Positions 28,862 to 42,685 of a stretch of 64,000 bases of DNA are shown in pieces. Source of the DNA: an uncultured Clostridia bacterium (GTDB lineage Bacteria; Bacillota; Clostridia; Christensenellales; Borkfalkiaceae); assembly GCA_934271065.1 (NCBI GenBank), contig CAKQQQ010000004.1:90308-154307 (forward strand). The letters run 5' to 3'. The notes beneath the pieces were generated by a model, which saw only the letters and a program-made list of their open reading frames with translations, was not told where the DNA came from and did not search any database. Positions within the stretch are counted from its first letter, which is position 1; each line of letters begins with the position of its first letter. A program made the translations under genes and the position numbers.

Positions 28862-30610
28862 ATGTTATATCCCCAGTCTAACGAACGCAGAAGCGTTCTC
28901 AACCTAAACGGAATATGGAATTACGCGTTCGTTTCTGACGACTACGTTCCCCTGCGCAAAGCCGAAAACGCGTCGCCTATGGCGGTGCCGGCAAGTATGA
29001 ACGATATAGTCGTATCTAAAAACTCGGCTAAATACGTCGGCAAAGTGCTGTACGAGCGGGAATTTTCTATGCCCGTCGAAAGCCGTTTGAGTTACAGGTT
29101 AAGAATCGGGGCGGTAAGTCACCGTTGCGAAGTGTATCTTAACGGCGAAAAGATAGGTTGCGGAGTAAACGGGTTTATACCCGTAGACCTGCCGCTTGAA
29201 AATCTTAAAGCCAAAAATCGCCTGTCGGTAATTATCGATAACCGACTTACCGGCAGGACTTTGCCTATGGGCGAGATAGAAAAGGCGGGGATATATCACC
29301 TTGTTTCGGTGCTTGGCGGCGAACACGTCGTAGACCGTTCCGCCGAAGTCGCGGGGCAGAAACAGATAATCAAATTCGACTTCTACAACTTTACGGGCAT
29401 ACACCGCGACGTTCTCGTTTACGGCTTGCCCGAAAACGCCGTGGAAGACGTTACGATTAAGACCGTTGTCGGCGGGGATTACGAAAAAATCAGGGTGGAC
29501 GTGAAGACCGACGGAAAGGTCGTCAGATATACCGTGTTCGACGGCGAAGTTCCCGTCGCGACGAGTACCGACGGAGATATAACGCTTAAAAACCCGAGTC
29601 TGTGGTCGCCGAAAAATCCGCATTTGTACACTTTACGGGTGGAGACCGAAAACGACTGTTACGAGCAGACTTTCGGCGTGCGCAAGGTAGCGGTCGACGA
29701 AAAGGGGCTTACGCTCAACGGCGAACGCGTGTACCTTAAAGGGTTCGGCAAACACGAAGATTTCTTCATATCCGGCAAGGGCAACAACCCGGCGGTAAAC
29801 GTCAGAGATTTCGAGTTGCTTAAATGGATAAACGCCAACTCTATCCGCACCAGCCATTACCCGTACGCCGAAGAGATTATGGATCTTGCCGACCGCTACG
29901 GAATAATGGTCATAGACGAAGTTCCCGCGGCGGGCGTGGGGTTCTGGAACGGTTATACGTTCGGCAAAGGCAGGGCGGACGAAGAAACGCTCGCGTTGCA
30001 TAAGCAGGTAATATCCGCGCTCGTAGACAGGGATAAAAACCGTCCGTGCGTGATAATGCTGTCGGTCGCCAACGAAACGGCGACTTACGAAGACGCTTCG
30101 CGCCCGTATTATAAAGAAGTCATCGACCACGCCAGAAGTCTTACCGATTTGCCGATTACGCTTGCGGAATCCACCAAGTCGTTCGAAGGCTCGCGCGTGG
30201 CGGATATGCTCGATATAATCTGCGTCAACCGCTATTACGGCTGGTACGACGAACCTGCCGAACTCGACGCGATAGAAACGCTTTGCCGCGACGATCTGGA
30301 TAAGTATTACGCTAAATTCCGTAAACCGATGATCTTAACCGAATTCGGCGCGGACACGATAGAAGGGTTTCACTCGTTACAGGGCGAAATGTTCTCGGAA
30401 GAATTCCAGACCGAACTGCTTGCGGAAACGTGCAGGGTACTCGACACTCTGCCGTACATAGTCGGCGAGCAGGTATGGAATTTTGCGGACTTCAAAACCA
30501 GGGAAGGCACGATGCGCGTGCGCGGTAACCGCAAAGGCGTGTTTACCAAAGAACGGCAACCCAAAAGCGCGGCGTTCTACCTGAAAGAACGATGGAAAAA
30601 TAAAGAATAA
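28862..30610 (+). CDS. uidA: Beta-glucuronidase (GH2)
   Basis: Collinear with E. coli GUS. It has the N-terminus LNGIWNYAF, the GH2 acid/base region VANET, the nucleophile region LTEFGAD, and the C-terminus KGVFTKERQPKSAAF. Confidence 0.85.
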   Translation: MLYPQSNERRSVLNLNGIWNYAFVSDDYVPLRKAENASPMAVPASMNDIVVSKNSAKYVGKVLYEREFSMPVESRLSYRLRIGAVSHRCEVYLNGEKIGCGVNGFIPVDLPLENLKAKNRLSVIIDNRLTGRTLPMGEIEKAGIYHLVSVLGGEHVVDRSAEVAGQKQIIKFDFYNFTGIHRDVLVYGLPENAVEDVTIKTVVGGDYEKIRVDVKTDGKVVRYTVFDGEVPVATSTDGDITLKNPSLWSPKNPHLYTLRVETENDCYEQTFGVRKVAVDEKGLTLNGERVYLKGFGKHEDFFISGKGNNPAVNVRDFELLKWINANSIRTSHYPYAEEIMDLADRYGIMVIDEVPAAGVGFWNGYTFGKGRADEETLALHKQVISALVDRDKNRPCVIMLSVANETATYEDASRPYYKEVIDHARSLTDLPITLAESTKSFEGSRVADMLDIICVNRYYGWYDEPAELDAIETLCRDDLDKYYAKFRKPMILTEFGADTIEGFHSLQGEMFSEEFQTELLAETCRVLDTLPYIVGEQVWNFADFKTREGTMRVRGNRKGVFTKERQPKSAAFYLKERWKNKE

Positions 30611-30612
30611 AT

Positions 30613-30660
30613 AAAATACCGCGGGCGGCGCATTTATGCGCCGCCCGCGGTATTTTATCT
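30613..30660. terminator. Bidirectional rho-independent terminator shared by convergent uidA and radA
   Basis: 20-bp stem AAAATACCGCGGGCGGCGCA / TGCGCCGCCCGCGGTATTTT flanked by A- and T-tracts. Confidence 0.8.
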
Positions 30661-30667
30661 TAATCGT

Positions 30668-32041
30668 TTAATCGTCCGACTTTGAAAATAACAGTTTAAT
30701 CGCCTGATAGACGTGTTTGACGTATACGAGTTTTATCTGCGACGCGAATTTCTGCGTCGATTCGCGGTTCTTTTCGGGCAGAAAAACGGTTTTCGCGCCT
30801 AATCGGGCGCATTCCGCAACGCGTTTGTCCGCCTGCGTTACTCCGCGTACTTCGCCCGTAAGACCTATTTCGCCGAACGCGCATACTTCCTTGCCGACGG
30901 GTATTCCGTTCTGTCCGCTTACGAGCGCGAGCGCGACCGCAAGGTCGGCAGACGGCTCTGAAAGTTTTATTCCGCCCATTACGTTGACGTACACGTCAAG
31001 CGCGTAAAACGGCGTATAGGCGCGTTTTTCGAGAACGGCGAGCATTAAAAGCAGTCTGTTTACGTCGATACCTATCGGCATTCGTCTCGGTATTCCGAAC
31101 GCCGTTTTGGCAAGCAGAGTCTGTATTTCGACCGCCATACAGCGGTTGCCCGAAATCGTCGGCGTCACAATCGTACCCGCTTCGTTGCCGCGTTCGTCGG
31201 AGACGAAAATTCCGTCGTAGTCCTTAACGCCGCGTATACCGTCTTCGCGCATTTCGAAAACCCCGACTTCCTGTGCCGAACCGAATCTGTTTTTGACCGC
31301 GCGCAGCAGTTTGTAATTGTCGCGCGGCTGACCTTCGAAGTAAAGCACGGTGTCGGTAACGTGTTCGAGAACTTTCGGCCCGGCGATCGCTCCGTCTTTC
31401 GTGACGTGCCCGACCACGAAAACCGTGGTCTTGCCCGATTTCGCAAACCGCATCAGCCGCGAAGCGCATTCCTTTACCTGACTTACGCTCCCCGCGGAAG
31501 AGTTTAATTCTTCGAGATAGACCGCCTGTACGGAGTCGACTATAAGAAAGTCGTACCCTTCGGCGCAGTCGAGAATATTGTCGAGCGAAGTCTCGTTTAT
31601 TACCATCAGATCGGAATAATCGCCTTTAAGCCGTTCGCAACGCATTTTTACCTGCGCGCGGCTCTCTTCCGCCGACGCGTAAAGCACTTTGTAATTCTTT
31701 GAAAGGGTACACGCGACCTGCGTCATAAGCGTGGATTTGCCTATGCCGGGATCTCCGCCGAGCAGTACGAAAGACGACGGAACTATTCCGCCGCCCAGAA
31801 CGTCGTCGAGTTCGCTTATTCCCGATTTTATCCTTACCGTTTTTTCGGCGGCTACTTCCGACAGTTTAGACGGGCGTTCGTAACTTCTCGCCGCCTTCTG
31901 CGGTTTCTCGGCAGCGGTTTCGAGTATTTCTTCGGTTATAGTGCCGAACGTTCCGCAAGACGGGCATCTGCCCAGCCAGCCGGGCGTTACCGCGCCGCAT
32001 TCCGTACAGACGTAACGGCTCGTCGTTTTACTTTTGCTCAT
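30668..32041 (-). CDS. radA: DNA repair protein RadA/Sms
   Basis: N-terminal C4 zinc finger (CTECG...CPSCG), RecA-like Walker A (GDPGIGKST) and a Lon-like C-terminus; AAGGAG RBS. Confidence 0.9.
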   Translation of the reverse strand: MSKSKTTSRYVCTECGAVTPGWLGRCPSCGTFGTITEEILETAAEKPQKAARSYERPSKLSEVAAEKTVRIKSGISELDDVLGGGIVPSSFVLLGGDPGIGKSTLMTQVACTLSKNYKVLYASAEESRAQVKMRCERLKGDYSDLMVINETSLDNILDCAEGYDFLIVDSVQAVYLEELNSSAGSVSQVKECASRLMRFAKSGKTTVFVVGHVTKDGAIAGPKVLEHVTDTVLYFEGQPRDNYKLLRAVKNRFGSAQEVGVFEMREDGIRGVKDYDGIFVSDERGNEAGTIVTPTISGNRCMAVEIQTLLAKTAFGIPRRMPIGIDVNRLLLMLAVLEKRAYTPFYALDVYVNVMGGIKLSEPSADLAVALALVSGQNGIPVGKEVCAFGEIGLTGEVRGVTQADKRVAECARLGAKTVFLPEKNRESTQKFASQIKLVYVKHVYQAIKLLFSKSDD

Positions 32042-32051
32042 AATTTCTCCT

Positions 32052-32115
32052 TTCGTCGCGGCGGCTATTTACCGTCTCGCGTTTTCGTCGCGGCGGCTAT
32101 TTTCCGTCGCGCGTT
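32052..32115. repeat. Two tandem copies of a 32-bp unit with 2 mismatches. Copy B encodes the last codons and stop of ispDF; copy A fills the spacer up to the radA RBS.
   Basis: 32052-32083 TTCGTCGCGGCGGCTATTTACCGTCTCGCGTT versus 32084-32115 TTCGTCGCGGCGGCTATTTTCCGTCGCGCGTT. Confidence 0.7.
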
Positions 32116-33236
32116 TTAGCCGTAAGGCAGTACGCCTGAACGGCAACGCCTTCTTCGCGCCCGACTAAGCCTATCCCTTCGAGAGTGGTGCAGGTTATCC
32201 CCACGCGGTCGGGCGACAAGCCCGAAAGCCGAGCCACGTTTTCGGTAACGGCGGCGACGTAAGGCGCAAGTTTGGGCTTTTGCGCCATTATAACCGCGCT
32301 TATATTCAGCGGTTCGTATCCGCGCTCTTTAAGCATTTTCAAAACTTCCGCGTATAATATCGCGCTCGAAATCCCCGCGTACTTTTCGTCGGTGTCGGGG
32401 AAGTGTCTGCCTATGTCGCCGAGCGCGACGGAAGACAAAAGCGCGTCCGCAATCGCGTGCAGCAATACGTCCGCGTCGCTATGCCCGAGCAGACCTTTGT
32501 CGTGCGGAATTTCCACTCCGCCCAGAACGAACTTTCTTCCGCTTACCAGCCTGTGCAGGTCGAAACCCGTGCCTGCGCGCAGATTTTCGGACGGGGCGAA
32601 GTCTTCGGGCAGGGTAAGTTTTTTATTCGTCGTTTCCCCAGCGACGGCTCTGCATTTGCCGATATATTTCGCGTACAGCCCCGACTCGTCCGTAAAGGTT
32701 TCCGTTTCGCCCGCAAGCGCGAACGCTTTAAGCAGCGTCGCCTTGTCGAACGCCTGCGGAGTCTGTACGTTACGCACGCCCGCGCGCGACGCGCGTACTA
32801 TATAATCGCCGTCCGCGCCGCGTTCGGTTATGGCAACGGTGTCCACCGCAGGTACGCACGCCACCCCCGAACCGTATTCGGCGGCGGAGCGGACGCATTC
32901 GGAAATCAGGCGTTGCGAAACGAAGGGGCGCGCGCCGTCGTGAACGACCACTATATCGCCCGCGGCGGCTTTTACGCCGCATAAAACCGATTGAGCGCGG
33001 GTATCGCCGCCGCGTACGAAGGTCGGTTTTACGCCGAGTTTTTCCGCTAAGGCGTTAAACGCCGCTTCGTCGCGTTCGGCGCAGACGACCACTATTTCGT
33101 CAACGTCGGGGTTTATCGAAAACGCGTACAGCGTTTTTTGAAAAACGGGCGTTCCGCCCGTCTCTTTAAGCAGTTTATTGAACCCGAAATCGGCGCGTTC
33201 GCCTTTCCCGGCGCATACGAGTACGGCTGTAGTCAT
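32097..33236 (-). CDS. ispDF: Bifunctional IspD/IspF (MEP cytidylyltransferase / MEcPP synthase)
   Basis: The N-terminus AVLVCAGKGER is IspD-like. The C-terminus FDLHRL...GHSDADVLLHAIADALL is IspF-like. Confidence 0.85.
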   Translation of the reverse strand: MTTAVLVCAGKGERADFGFNKLLKETGGTPVFQKTLYAFSINPDVDEIVVVCAERDEAAFNALAEKLGVKPTFVRGGDTRAQSVLCGVKAAAGDIVVVHDGARPFVSQRLISECVRSAAEYGSGVACVPAVDTVAITERGADGDYIVRASRAGVRNVQTPQAFDKATLLKAFALAGETETFTDESGLYAKYIGKCRAVAGETTNKKLTLPEDFAPSENLRAGTGFDLHRLVSGRKFVLGGVEIPHDKGLLGHSDADVLLHAIADALLSSVALGDIGRHFPDTDEKYAGISSAILYAEVLKMLKERGYEPLNISAVIMAQKPKLAPYVAAVTENVARLSGLSPDRVGITCTTLEGIGLVGREEGVAVQAYCLTAKTRDGK

Positions 33237-33475
33237 GATATTATCTCGTAAAGGGAAGTCGCTTCGTCTTTTCTGACGACGGGGTTAAGCGACAGAACTC
33301 TGAATTTAACGGTCTCGTCGCCGAACCGCACTTCCGCCACGTCGCCTATTTTAAGTTGGTACGACGGCTTTACGTCTCTGCCGTTTACCGAAACTCTGCC
33401 GCCTTTGACCGCTTCGTTGGCTACCGTTCTGCGTTTTAACAGTCTCGCGACCTTCAAAAATTTGTCTATTCTCAT
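33233..33475 (-). CDS. S4-domain RNA-binding protein (Hsp15/YabO-like)
   Basis: 80-aa protein in which MRIDKFLKVARLLKRRTVANEAVKGGRVSVNG is a typical S4 motif; ATGA overlap with ispDF. Confidence 0.7.
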   Translation of the reverse strand: MRIDKFLKVARLLKRRTVANEAVKGGRVSVNGRDVKPSYQLKIGDVAEVRFGDETVKFRVLSLNPVVRKDEATSLYEIIS

Positions 33476-33523
33476 AAAAAACCTAAAAAAATTACGCTAT
33501 TTTTATATTTTGCGTAAAAACCC

Positions 33524-33552
33524 TTGACAGATTGTGGATTTTATTCTATAAT
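33524..33552 (+). promoter_or_regulatory. Consensus sigmaA promoter upstream of rpoB: TTGACA, 17-nt spacer, TATAAT, with a leader of about 180 nt
   Basis: TTGACA at 33524-33529 and TATAAT at 33547-33552, followed by iterated TCTATAAT-like motifs up to 33580. Confidence 0.55.
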
Positions 33553-33669
33553 TCTATAATGCTATAAAATCTATAATAGCGTCTTTTTGCGCATTTTTGC
33601 CGTTTCGGGGTATTTTTTGCGTAAAAAACGCACGATTTGCTTTCCGTTTAAGCGGCTTTTCATATACGG

Positions 33670-33698
33670 ATTATACACCTAAACGAAAATTAAATCAA
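33670..33698 (-). promoter_or_regulatory. Candidate divergent promoter for the S4-ispDF-radA operon: TTGATT, 17-nt spacer, TATAAT on the minus strand
   Basis: Reverse complement of 33670-33698. Confidence 0.3.
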
Positions 33699-33733
33699 GA
33701 TAATTTGCAATAAAAATCAAAGGAGAGATTTTA

Positions 33734-36700
33734 ATGACGCGCAATTTACCTATCAGGAAGTTCGGCAACGTCGAAAGAAGAACGTTCGCGAAGATCGAAG
33801 AAGTGCAGCCGATGCCCTATCTCATCGAGATTCAGCGTGATTCTTACGAGAGTTTTATCGAAGAAGGTATAAGCGAAGTTTTTGAGGATTATTCGCCTAT
33901 TACCGACTATTCCGACCGCTTTGAATTATACTTCCTTGACCACTCTCTTGCGGAAAAACCCAAGTACGACGAAAAGGAATGTCGCGACCGCGACGCTACC
34001 TACGCCGTTCAGTTAAAGGTAAAAGTCAGGCTTGTCAATAAGGTAACGGACGAGATAATCGATCAGGACGTTTTTATGGGCGAATTGCCCAAGATGACCG
34101 AAAACGGCTCGTTCATCATCAACGGTGCGGAGCGCGTAGTCGTTTCCCAACTCGTTCGTTCTCCGGGCGTGTACAACGGCTTCGAGTATTCCAAGTCGGG
34201 TAAAAAACTCTATCAGACCACCGTTATCCCCAACAGGGGCGCGTGGCTCGAATTCGAGCAGGACGCGGATAACGTTCTCTGGGTAAAAGTAGACAGAACG
34301 CGTAAACTTACGGCGTCGTTGCTTTTACGCGCGCTCGGTTTCGGTACTAACGAGCAGATAACCGCCTTATTCGGCGACGACGCTATGATCAAGGCGACTA
34401 TGGCTAAGGATACCGACTGCACGGAAGCGGGCGGTCTTTACGAACTTTACAGACGTATTCGCCCGGGCGAAGTCCCCACCGAAGACGCGGTAAGGCTTCA
34501 ACTTAAAAATCTCTTCTACGATCCCCGTCGTTACGACTGCGCCAAAGTCGGCAGATATAAATTCAACAAGCGTCTCAATATGGGCGTTAGGGCGGTCGGC
34601 TGCGTAGCGTACGAAGATATTATAAACGAAGACGGCGAACTGCTCGTCAAAAAGGGCGACGTCATTTCCGCCGAAGCGGCAAAACTCATACAAAACAGCG
34701 GCATCAACGAAATTCTCATCGCGACGAGCGAAGGTCCGCATAAGATAATCGCGAATAACGTAGTGGAATTCAGAGCCGTAACGGGGCTGGATCACCACGT
34801 TTTCGGGCTTACCGAAAATATCCACTATCCCAACTTCAAATTCGAGAAGGCTCTCGCGGAAGAAGTAAAGGGCAGCAGCGTGGAAGAAGTCGCCGACAGA
34901 CATATAGACGAAATCAACGACGTTTTCTATATGCAGGAGACTGTCGCCGCCGACGGCGCGGAACTTAAACCCGAAGAAAAGAAGAACGCCGAAAAGAGAA
35001 GAGAACTCCGCAGAAAATTCGTATATTCCTGCTCGGCTCTGTTCGATATTCTCGGCGGAGACGTTCCCGAAAAACTTTCGGCGGAACAAAAGAAGAACGT
35101 CAAACTCGCGCTTGACAAATTAAACCATAAACATATCACGGTAGACGACATCGTCGCCGCCGTCTCGCTTAACCTTGACCTTAACTACGGCGTAGGCTCG
35201 GTAGACAATATCGACCACCTTGGCAACAGAAGGGTACGTTCGGTAGGCGAACTTTTACAAAACCAGTTCAGAATAGGCATTTCGAGACTTGAAAGAGTCA
35301 TCAAAGAGAGAATGTCCACGCAAGATCCCAAAGACGTATCGCCCACGGGGCTTATCAACGTCCGCCCCGTTTCGAGCGCGATCAAGGAATTTTTCGGATC
35401 TTCGCAACTCTCCCAGTTTATGGACCAGACCAACCCCATTGCCGAACTTACGCACAAGCGTAAACTTTCCGCGTTAGGTCCGGGCGGTCTTAACAGAGAA
35501 CGCGCCACGTTCGAAGTCCGCGACGTTCACTACACCCACTACGGGCGCATGTGTCCGATAGAGACTCCCGAAGGTCAGAACATCGGTCTTATCACTTCGC
35601 TTTCGACTTACGCCAAGGTCAACGAATACGGCTTTATCGAGTCCGCTTACAGAAGAGTGGACAAGGCGACGGGCAAGGTTACGGACGTAGTCGATTACCT
35701 TACCGCCGACGAAGAAGACGCGTTCGTCATCGCGCAAGCCAACGAACCGCTCGACGAAGAAGGCAGATTTGTCAACGAGCGTGTCGCGTGCAGAAGAAGA
35801 GACGAAATAACCGAACTTCCCAAAGAAGAGATAGATTACGTCGACGTATCGCCCAAACAACTCGTTTCGGTCGCTACCGCGCTTATTCCCTTCCTTGAAA
35901 ACTGCGATACGAACCGCGCGCTGATGGGTTCTAACATGCAACGTCAGGCAGTACCCCTTCTCAAACCCGAAAACCCCATCGTAGGTACGGGTATAGAAGC
36001 CAAAATCGCGTACGATTCGGGCGTACTTGCCATCGCTAAAGAAGCGGGCACGGTCAAGTACGTTTCGGGCGGCGAGATAATCGTTACCGAAGACGACGGC
36101 ACTACGGGCGGTCGCGACAGAACGTATACGCTTAAAAAATTCACGCGTTCCAACCAAGGAACGTGTCTCAACCAGCACCCCATCGTAAAAACCGGCGATA
36201 AGGTAAACAAGGGCGATATTCTTGCGGACGGACCTGCGACCTGCAACGGCGAACTCGCGCTCGGCAGGAACATTCTTATCGGGTTTATGACGTGGGAAGG
36301 TTATAACTACGAAGACGCTATTCTTCTTTCCGAAAAACTCGTTCAGAACGACCTTTTCACTTCTATCCACATAGAAGAACACGAAATAGAGTGCCGCGAG
36401 ACGAGACTCGGCGAAGAAGAGATTACGAGAGATATACCCAACGTCGGCGACGACGCGCTTAAAGACCTTGACGAAGAAGGTATCGTAAGAATAGGCGCGG
36501 AAGTCACGAGCGGCGACATTCTCGTAGGTAAGGTCACGCCCAAGGGCGAAACCGAACTTACCCCCGAAGAGAGATTGCTCCGCGCGATTTTCGGCGAGAA
36601 GGCGAGAGAAGTAAGAGACTCTTCGCTTCGCGTTCCGCACGGCGAAGGCGGTATAGTAGTAGACGTAAAGAGATTTACGAGAGCGAACAAAGACGAACTT

Positions 36701-37729
36701 TCGCCCGGCGTAAACAAACTTATAAGAGTATACATCGCGCAAAAGAGAAAGATTTCCGTCGGCGATAAGATGGCGGGACGTTACGGTAACAAAGGCGTCG
36801 TTTCGAGAATACTGCCCGAAGCGGATATGCCGTTCCTTGCGGACGGAACGCCCTTGCAGATCGTTCTTAACCCGCTCGGCGTTCCTTCGCGTATGAACAT
36901 AGGTCAGGTACTCGAAGTACACCTTTCGCTCGTATGCAAGCAACTCGGCTGGAAGATCGCAACCCCCGTCTTCGACGGCGCAAGCGAGACCGACATCAGG
37001 GAATTACTGCGCGAAAACCACTTCGTCAATCCTTACGGCGAAGTAGACGGCAAGATTCAACTTTACGACGGCAGAACGGGCGAACCTTTCGAGCATCGCG
37101 TAACGGTGGGCTATATGTATATGATCAAGTTGCACCACCTTGTAGACGATAAGATTCACGCGCGTTCGGTAGGTCCGTACTCGGTGGTAACGCAACAGCC
37201 GCTCGGCGGTAAAGCCCAGTTCGGCGGTCAGCGTTTCGGCGAAATGGAAGTCTGGGCGCTCGAAGCCTACGGCGCGTCGCACATTCTTCAGGAAATTCTT
37301 ACCGTCAAGTCCGACGACGTAGTCGGCAGGGTAAAGACCTACGAATCGATAGTAAAAGGCAACGATATATCCGAGCCGGGTATTCCCGAATCGTTTAAGG
37401 TACTTCTCAAAGAGTTGCAGTCGCTTGCGCTCGATATGAAAGTGCTTACCGAAAATCACGAAGAAATCAACCTTAAAGACCTTACCGAAGACGCGGACGA
37501 CGTCAACCTTAACGAGAGAGCGAAAGAGCGTGTGGATTACGTCGATCTCGATCTCGGCGGAGACGCGGGCGAAGAAACCGACGACGGAGCGGACGACGAA
37601 ACGTCGCTTCTCTTCGACGAATTCGACGATACGACCGTTGCCGAAGACGAAGACTTTAAGTCGGGCGATTTATTCGACGATTTCGACGATCTCGACGACA
37701 TCGACGCGGACGACGAAGACGATAACTAA
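33734..37729 (+). CDS. rpoB: DNA-directed RNA polymerase subunit beta, carrying a strongly acidic C-terminal tail of about 80 aa
   Basis: Collinear with bacterial RpoB along its whole length. The tail DDVNLNER...[17 protein letters not shown] is D/E-rich. AAAGGAG RBS. Confidence 0.95.
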   Translation: MTRNLPIRKFGNVERRTFAKIEEVQPMPYLIEIQRDSYESFIEEGISEVFEDYSPITDYSDRFELYFLDHSLAEKPKYDEKECRDRDATYAVQLKVKVRLVNKVTDEIIDQDVFMGELPKMTENGSFIINGAERVVVSQLVRSPGVYNGFEYSKSGKKLYQTTVIPNRGAWLEFEQDADNVLWVKVDRTRKLTASLLLRALGFGTNEQITALFGDDAMIKATMAKDTDCTEAGGLYELYRRIRPGEVPTEDAVRLQLKNLFYDPRRYDCAKVGRYKFNKRLNMGVRAVGCVAYEDIINEDGELLVKKGDVISAEAAKLIQNSGINEILIATSEGPHKIIANNVVEFRAVTGLDHHVFGLTENIHYPNFKFEKALAEEVKGSSVEEVADRHIDEINDVFYMQETVAADGAELKPEEKKNAEKRRELRRKFVYSCSALFDILGGDVPEKLSAEQKKNVKLALDKLNHKHITVDDIVAAVSLNLDLNYGVGSVDNIDHLGNRRVRSVGELLQNQFRIGISRLERVIKERMSTQDPKDVSPTGLINVRPVSSAIKEFFGSSQLSQFMDQTNPIAELTHKRKLSALGPGGLNRERATFEVRDVHYTHYGRMCPIETPEGQNIGLITSLSTYAKVNEYGFIESAYRRVDKATGKVTDVVDYLTADEEDAFVIAQANEPLDEEGRFVNERVACRRRDEITELPKEEIDYVDVSPKQLVSVATALIPFLENCDTNRALMGSNMQRQAVPLLKPENPIVGTGIEAKIAYDSGVLAIAKEAGTVKYVSGGEIIVTEDDGTTGGRDRTYTLKKFTRSNQGTCLNQHPIVKTGDKVNKGDILADGPATCNGELALGRNILIGFMTWEGYNYEDAILLSEKLVQNDLFTSIHIEEHEIECRETRLGEEEITRDIPNVGDDALKDLDEEGIVRIGAEVTSGDILVGKVTPKGETELTPEERLLRAIFGEKAREVRDSSLRVPHGEGGIVVDVKRFTRANKDELSPGVNKLIRVYIAQKRKISVGDKMAGRYGNKGVVSRILPEADMPFLADGTPLQIVLNPLGVPSRMNIGQVLEVHLSLVCKQLGWKIATPVFDGASETDIRELLRENHFVNPYGEVDGKIQLYDGRTGEPFEHRVTVGYMYMIKLHHLVDDKIHARSVGPYSVVTQQPLGGKAQFGGQRFGEMEVWALEAYGASHILQEILTVKSDDVVGRVKTYESIVKGNDISEPGIPESFKVLLKELQSLALDMKVLTENHEEINLKDLTEDADDVNLNERAKERVDYVDLDLGGDAGEETDDGADDETSLLFDEFDDTTVAEDEDFKSGDLFDDFDDLDDIDADDEDDN

Positions 37730-37743
37730 GCGGAGGTAAGAGA

Positions 37744-41541
<3,798 letters not shown>

Positions 41542-41561
41542 TTGCAAATATAACCCGAATT

Positions 41562-41594
41562 GCGGAACGGCGTGATTGCCGTTCCGCTTTTTTA
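41562..41594 (+). terminator. Rho-independent terminator after rpoC
   Basis: GCGGAACGGC-gtgatt-GCCGTTCCGC followed by TTTTTT. Confidence 0.75.
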
Positions 41595-41748
41595 TGCTCT
41601 TTGCCGCGCGCAAAACCGCCGCCGAACGTGAATAACGCGCGTTAGCCACAGGTGATTGCGTTTGAACCCGCCAAAACCCCGATATTTACGCGTTTTTTGC
41701 CAAATTCGACTTTCGCTCGGCTAAAATGCGTAGCGGCTGTAAAAATCT

Positions 41749-41777
41749 TTGACAAAAGTAAAATAATAGTATATTAT
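41749..41777 (+). promoter_or_regulatory. sigmaA-type promoter: TTGACA, 17-nt spacer, TATTAT, upstream of the DUF5685-like operon
   Basis: Hexamers at 41749-41754 and 41772-41777. Confidence 0.45.
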
Positions 41778-41830
41778 TATATTTGAAATAGTTTAGTAAA
41801 TTGCGGAATTTTACGCAAAATCGGCGGGTT

Positions 41831-42685
41831 ATGTTCGGTTACGTTAAGCCAGAAATACCATATCTGTATATAAAAGACGATACGCTGTATAAGGCGTTGT
41901 ATTGCGGAGTCTGCAAAAGCATAGGCAAGCGTTGCGGGCAAAGGTCAAGGCTCGCCCTGACGTACGACGTGGCGTTCTTTTCCGCGCTCGTCCATAATAT
42001 GTCGGGCGAAGACGTTACCGTAAAGCGCGCGCGTTGCGTCGCGCATTGGTTCAGACGCCGTCCGATAGCGGTAAGCGATCGCCTTACCGACTTTTCGGCT
42101 TGCCTGAACGCCGTACTCGTTTACTATAAACTGTTAGACGACGTTGCGGACGAGAACAAGGGCAACCTGAAAGCCGCATTTTTCAAAAAAGGCAAAAAAC
42201 GCGCCGACAAAAAATACCCCGAACTTTCAAAAATAGTCTCCGACGGGTACGCCAAACTCGCCACGCTCGAAAAAAACGAATGTGACAGCGTGGATATGGC
42301 GGCAGAGCCGTTCTCGGCGATGATGGCGAGTATATCCGATCTCGCGCTCGGCGATAAAGCGACCGAAAGCGGCAGACGGCTTTTTTACAATCTCGGTAAG
42401 TGGATATATCTCGTAGACGCGCTCGACGATTACGATTCCGACGTGAAAAACGGCAACTATAACCCGTTTTATTACGCGTTCGGCAAACCGACGGACGTAA
42501 AAACGCTTAAAGCGGAACGCGGCGAAGATCTTAACTTTGCGTTTTCAAGCGTGTTCGCGGGGCTGAGAGAAAGCCTTAAATCCACAACTTTTTACTTTAA
42601 TCACGACCTGATAGACAACGTGTTACTGCGCGGTATTCCGTCGGTAACGCTTCAAATTCTTAAAAAAGGAACAGAAAAAAAATGA
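41831..42685 (+). CDS. Conserved hypothetical protein (DUF5685-like) with an N-terminal CxxC motif
   Basis: MFGYVKPE...LYCGVCKSIGKRCG is typical of a clostridial DUF5685 family (tentative). First gene of a tightly overlapped trio. Confidence 0.5.
   Translation: MFGYVKPEIPYLYIKDDTLYKALYCGVCKSIGKRCGQRSRLALTYDVAFFSALVHNMSGEDVTVKRARCVAHWFRRRPIAVSDRLTDFSACLNAVLVYYKLLDDVADENKGNLKAAFFKKGKKRADKKYPELSKIVSDGYAKLATLEKNECDSVDMAAEPFSAMMASISDLALGDKATESGRRLFYNLGKWIYLVDALDDYDSDVKNGNYNPFYYAFGKPTDVKTLKAERGEDLNFAFSSVFAGLRESLKSTTFYFNHDLIDNVLLRGIPSVTLQILKKGTEKK

Noticed and set aside
35474-36943. 489-aa minus-strand ORF inside rpoB and 526-aa ORF (38695-40275) inside rpoC
   Set aside because: Antisense to universally conserved genes, so these are artefactual.
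41801-41830. TTG-initiated extensions of ORFs (41801, 43287, 24482, 49609, 53521)
   Set aside because: The first in-frame ATG downstream gives better RBS spacing and a more typical N-terminus in each case. Only the nagA start remains uncertain.
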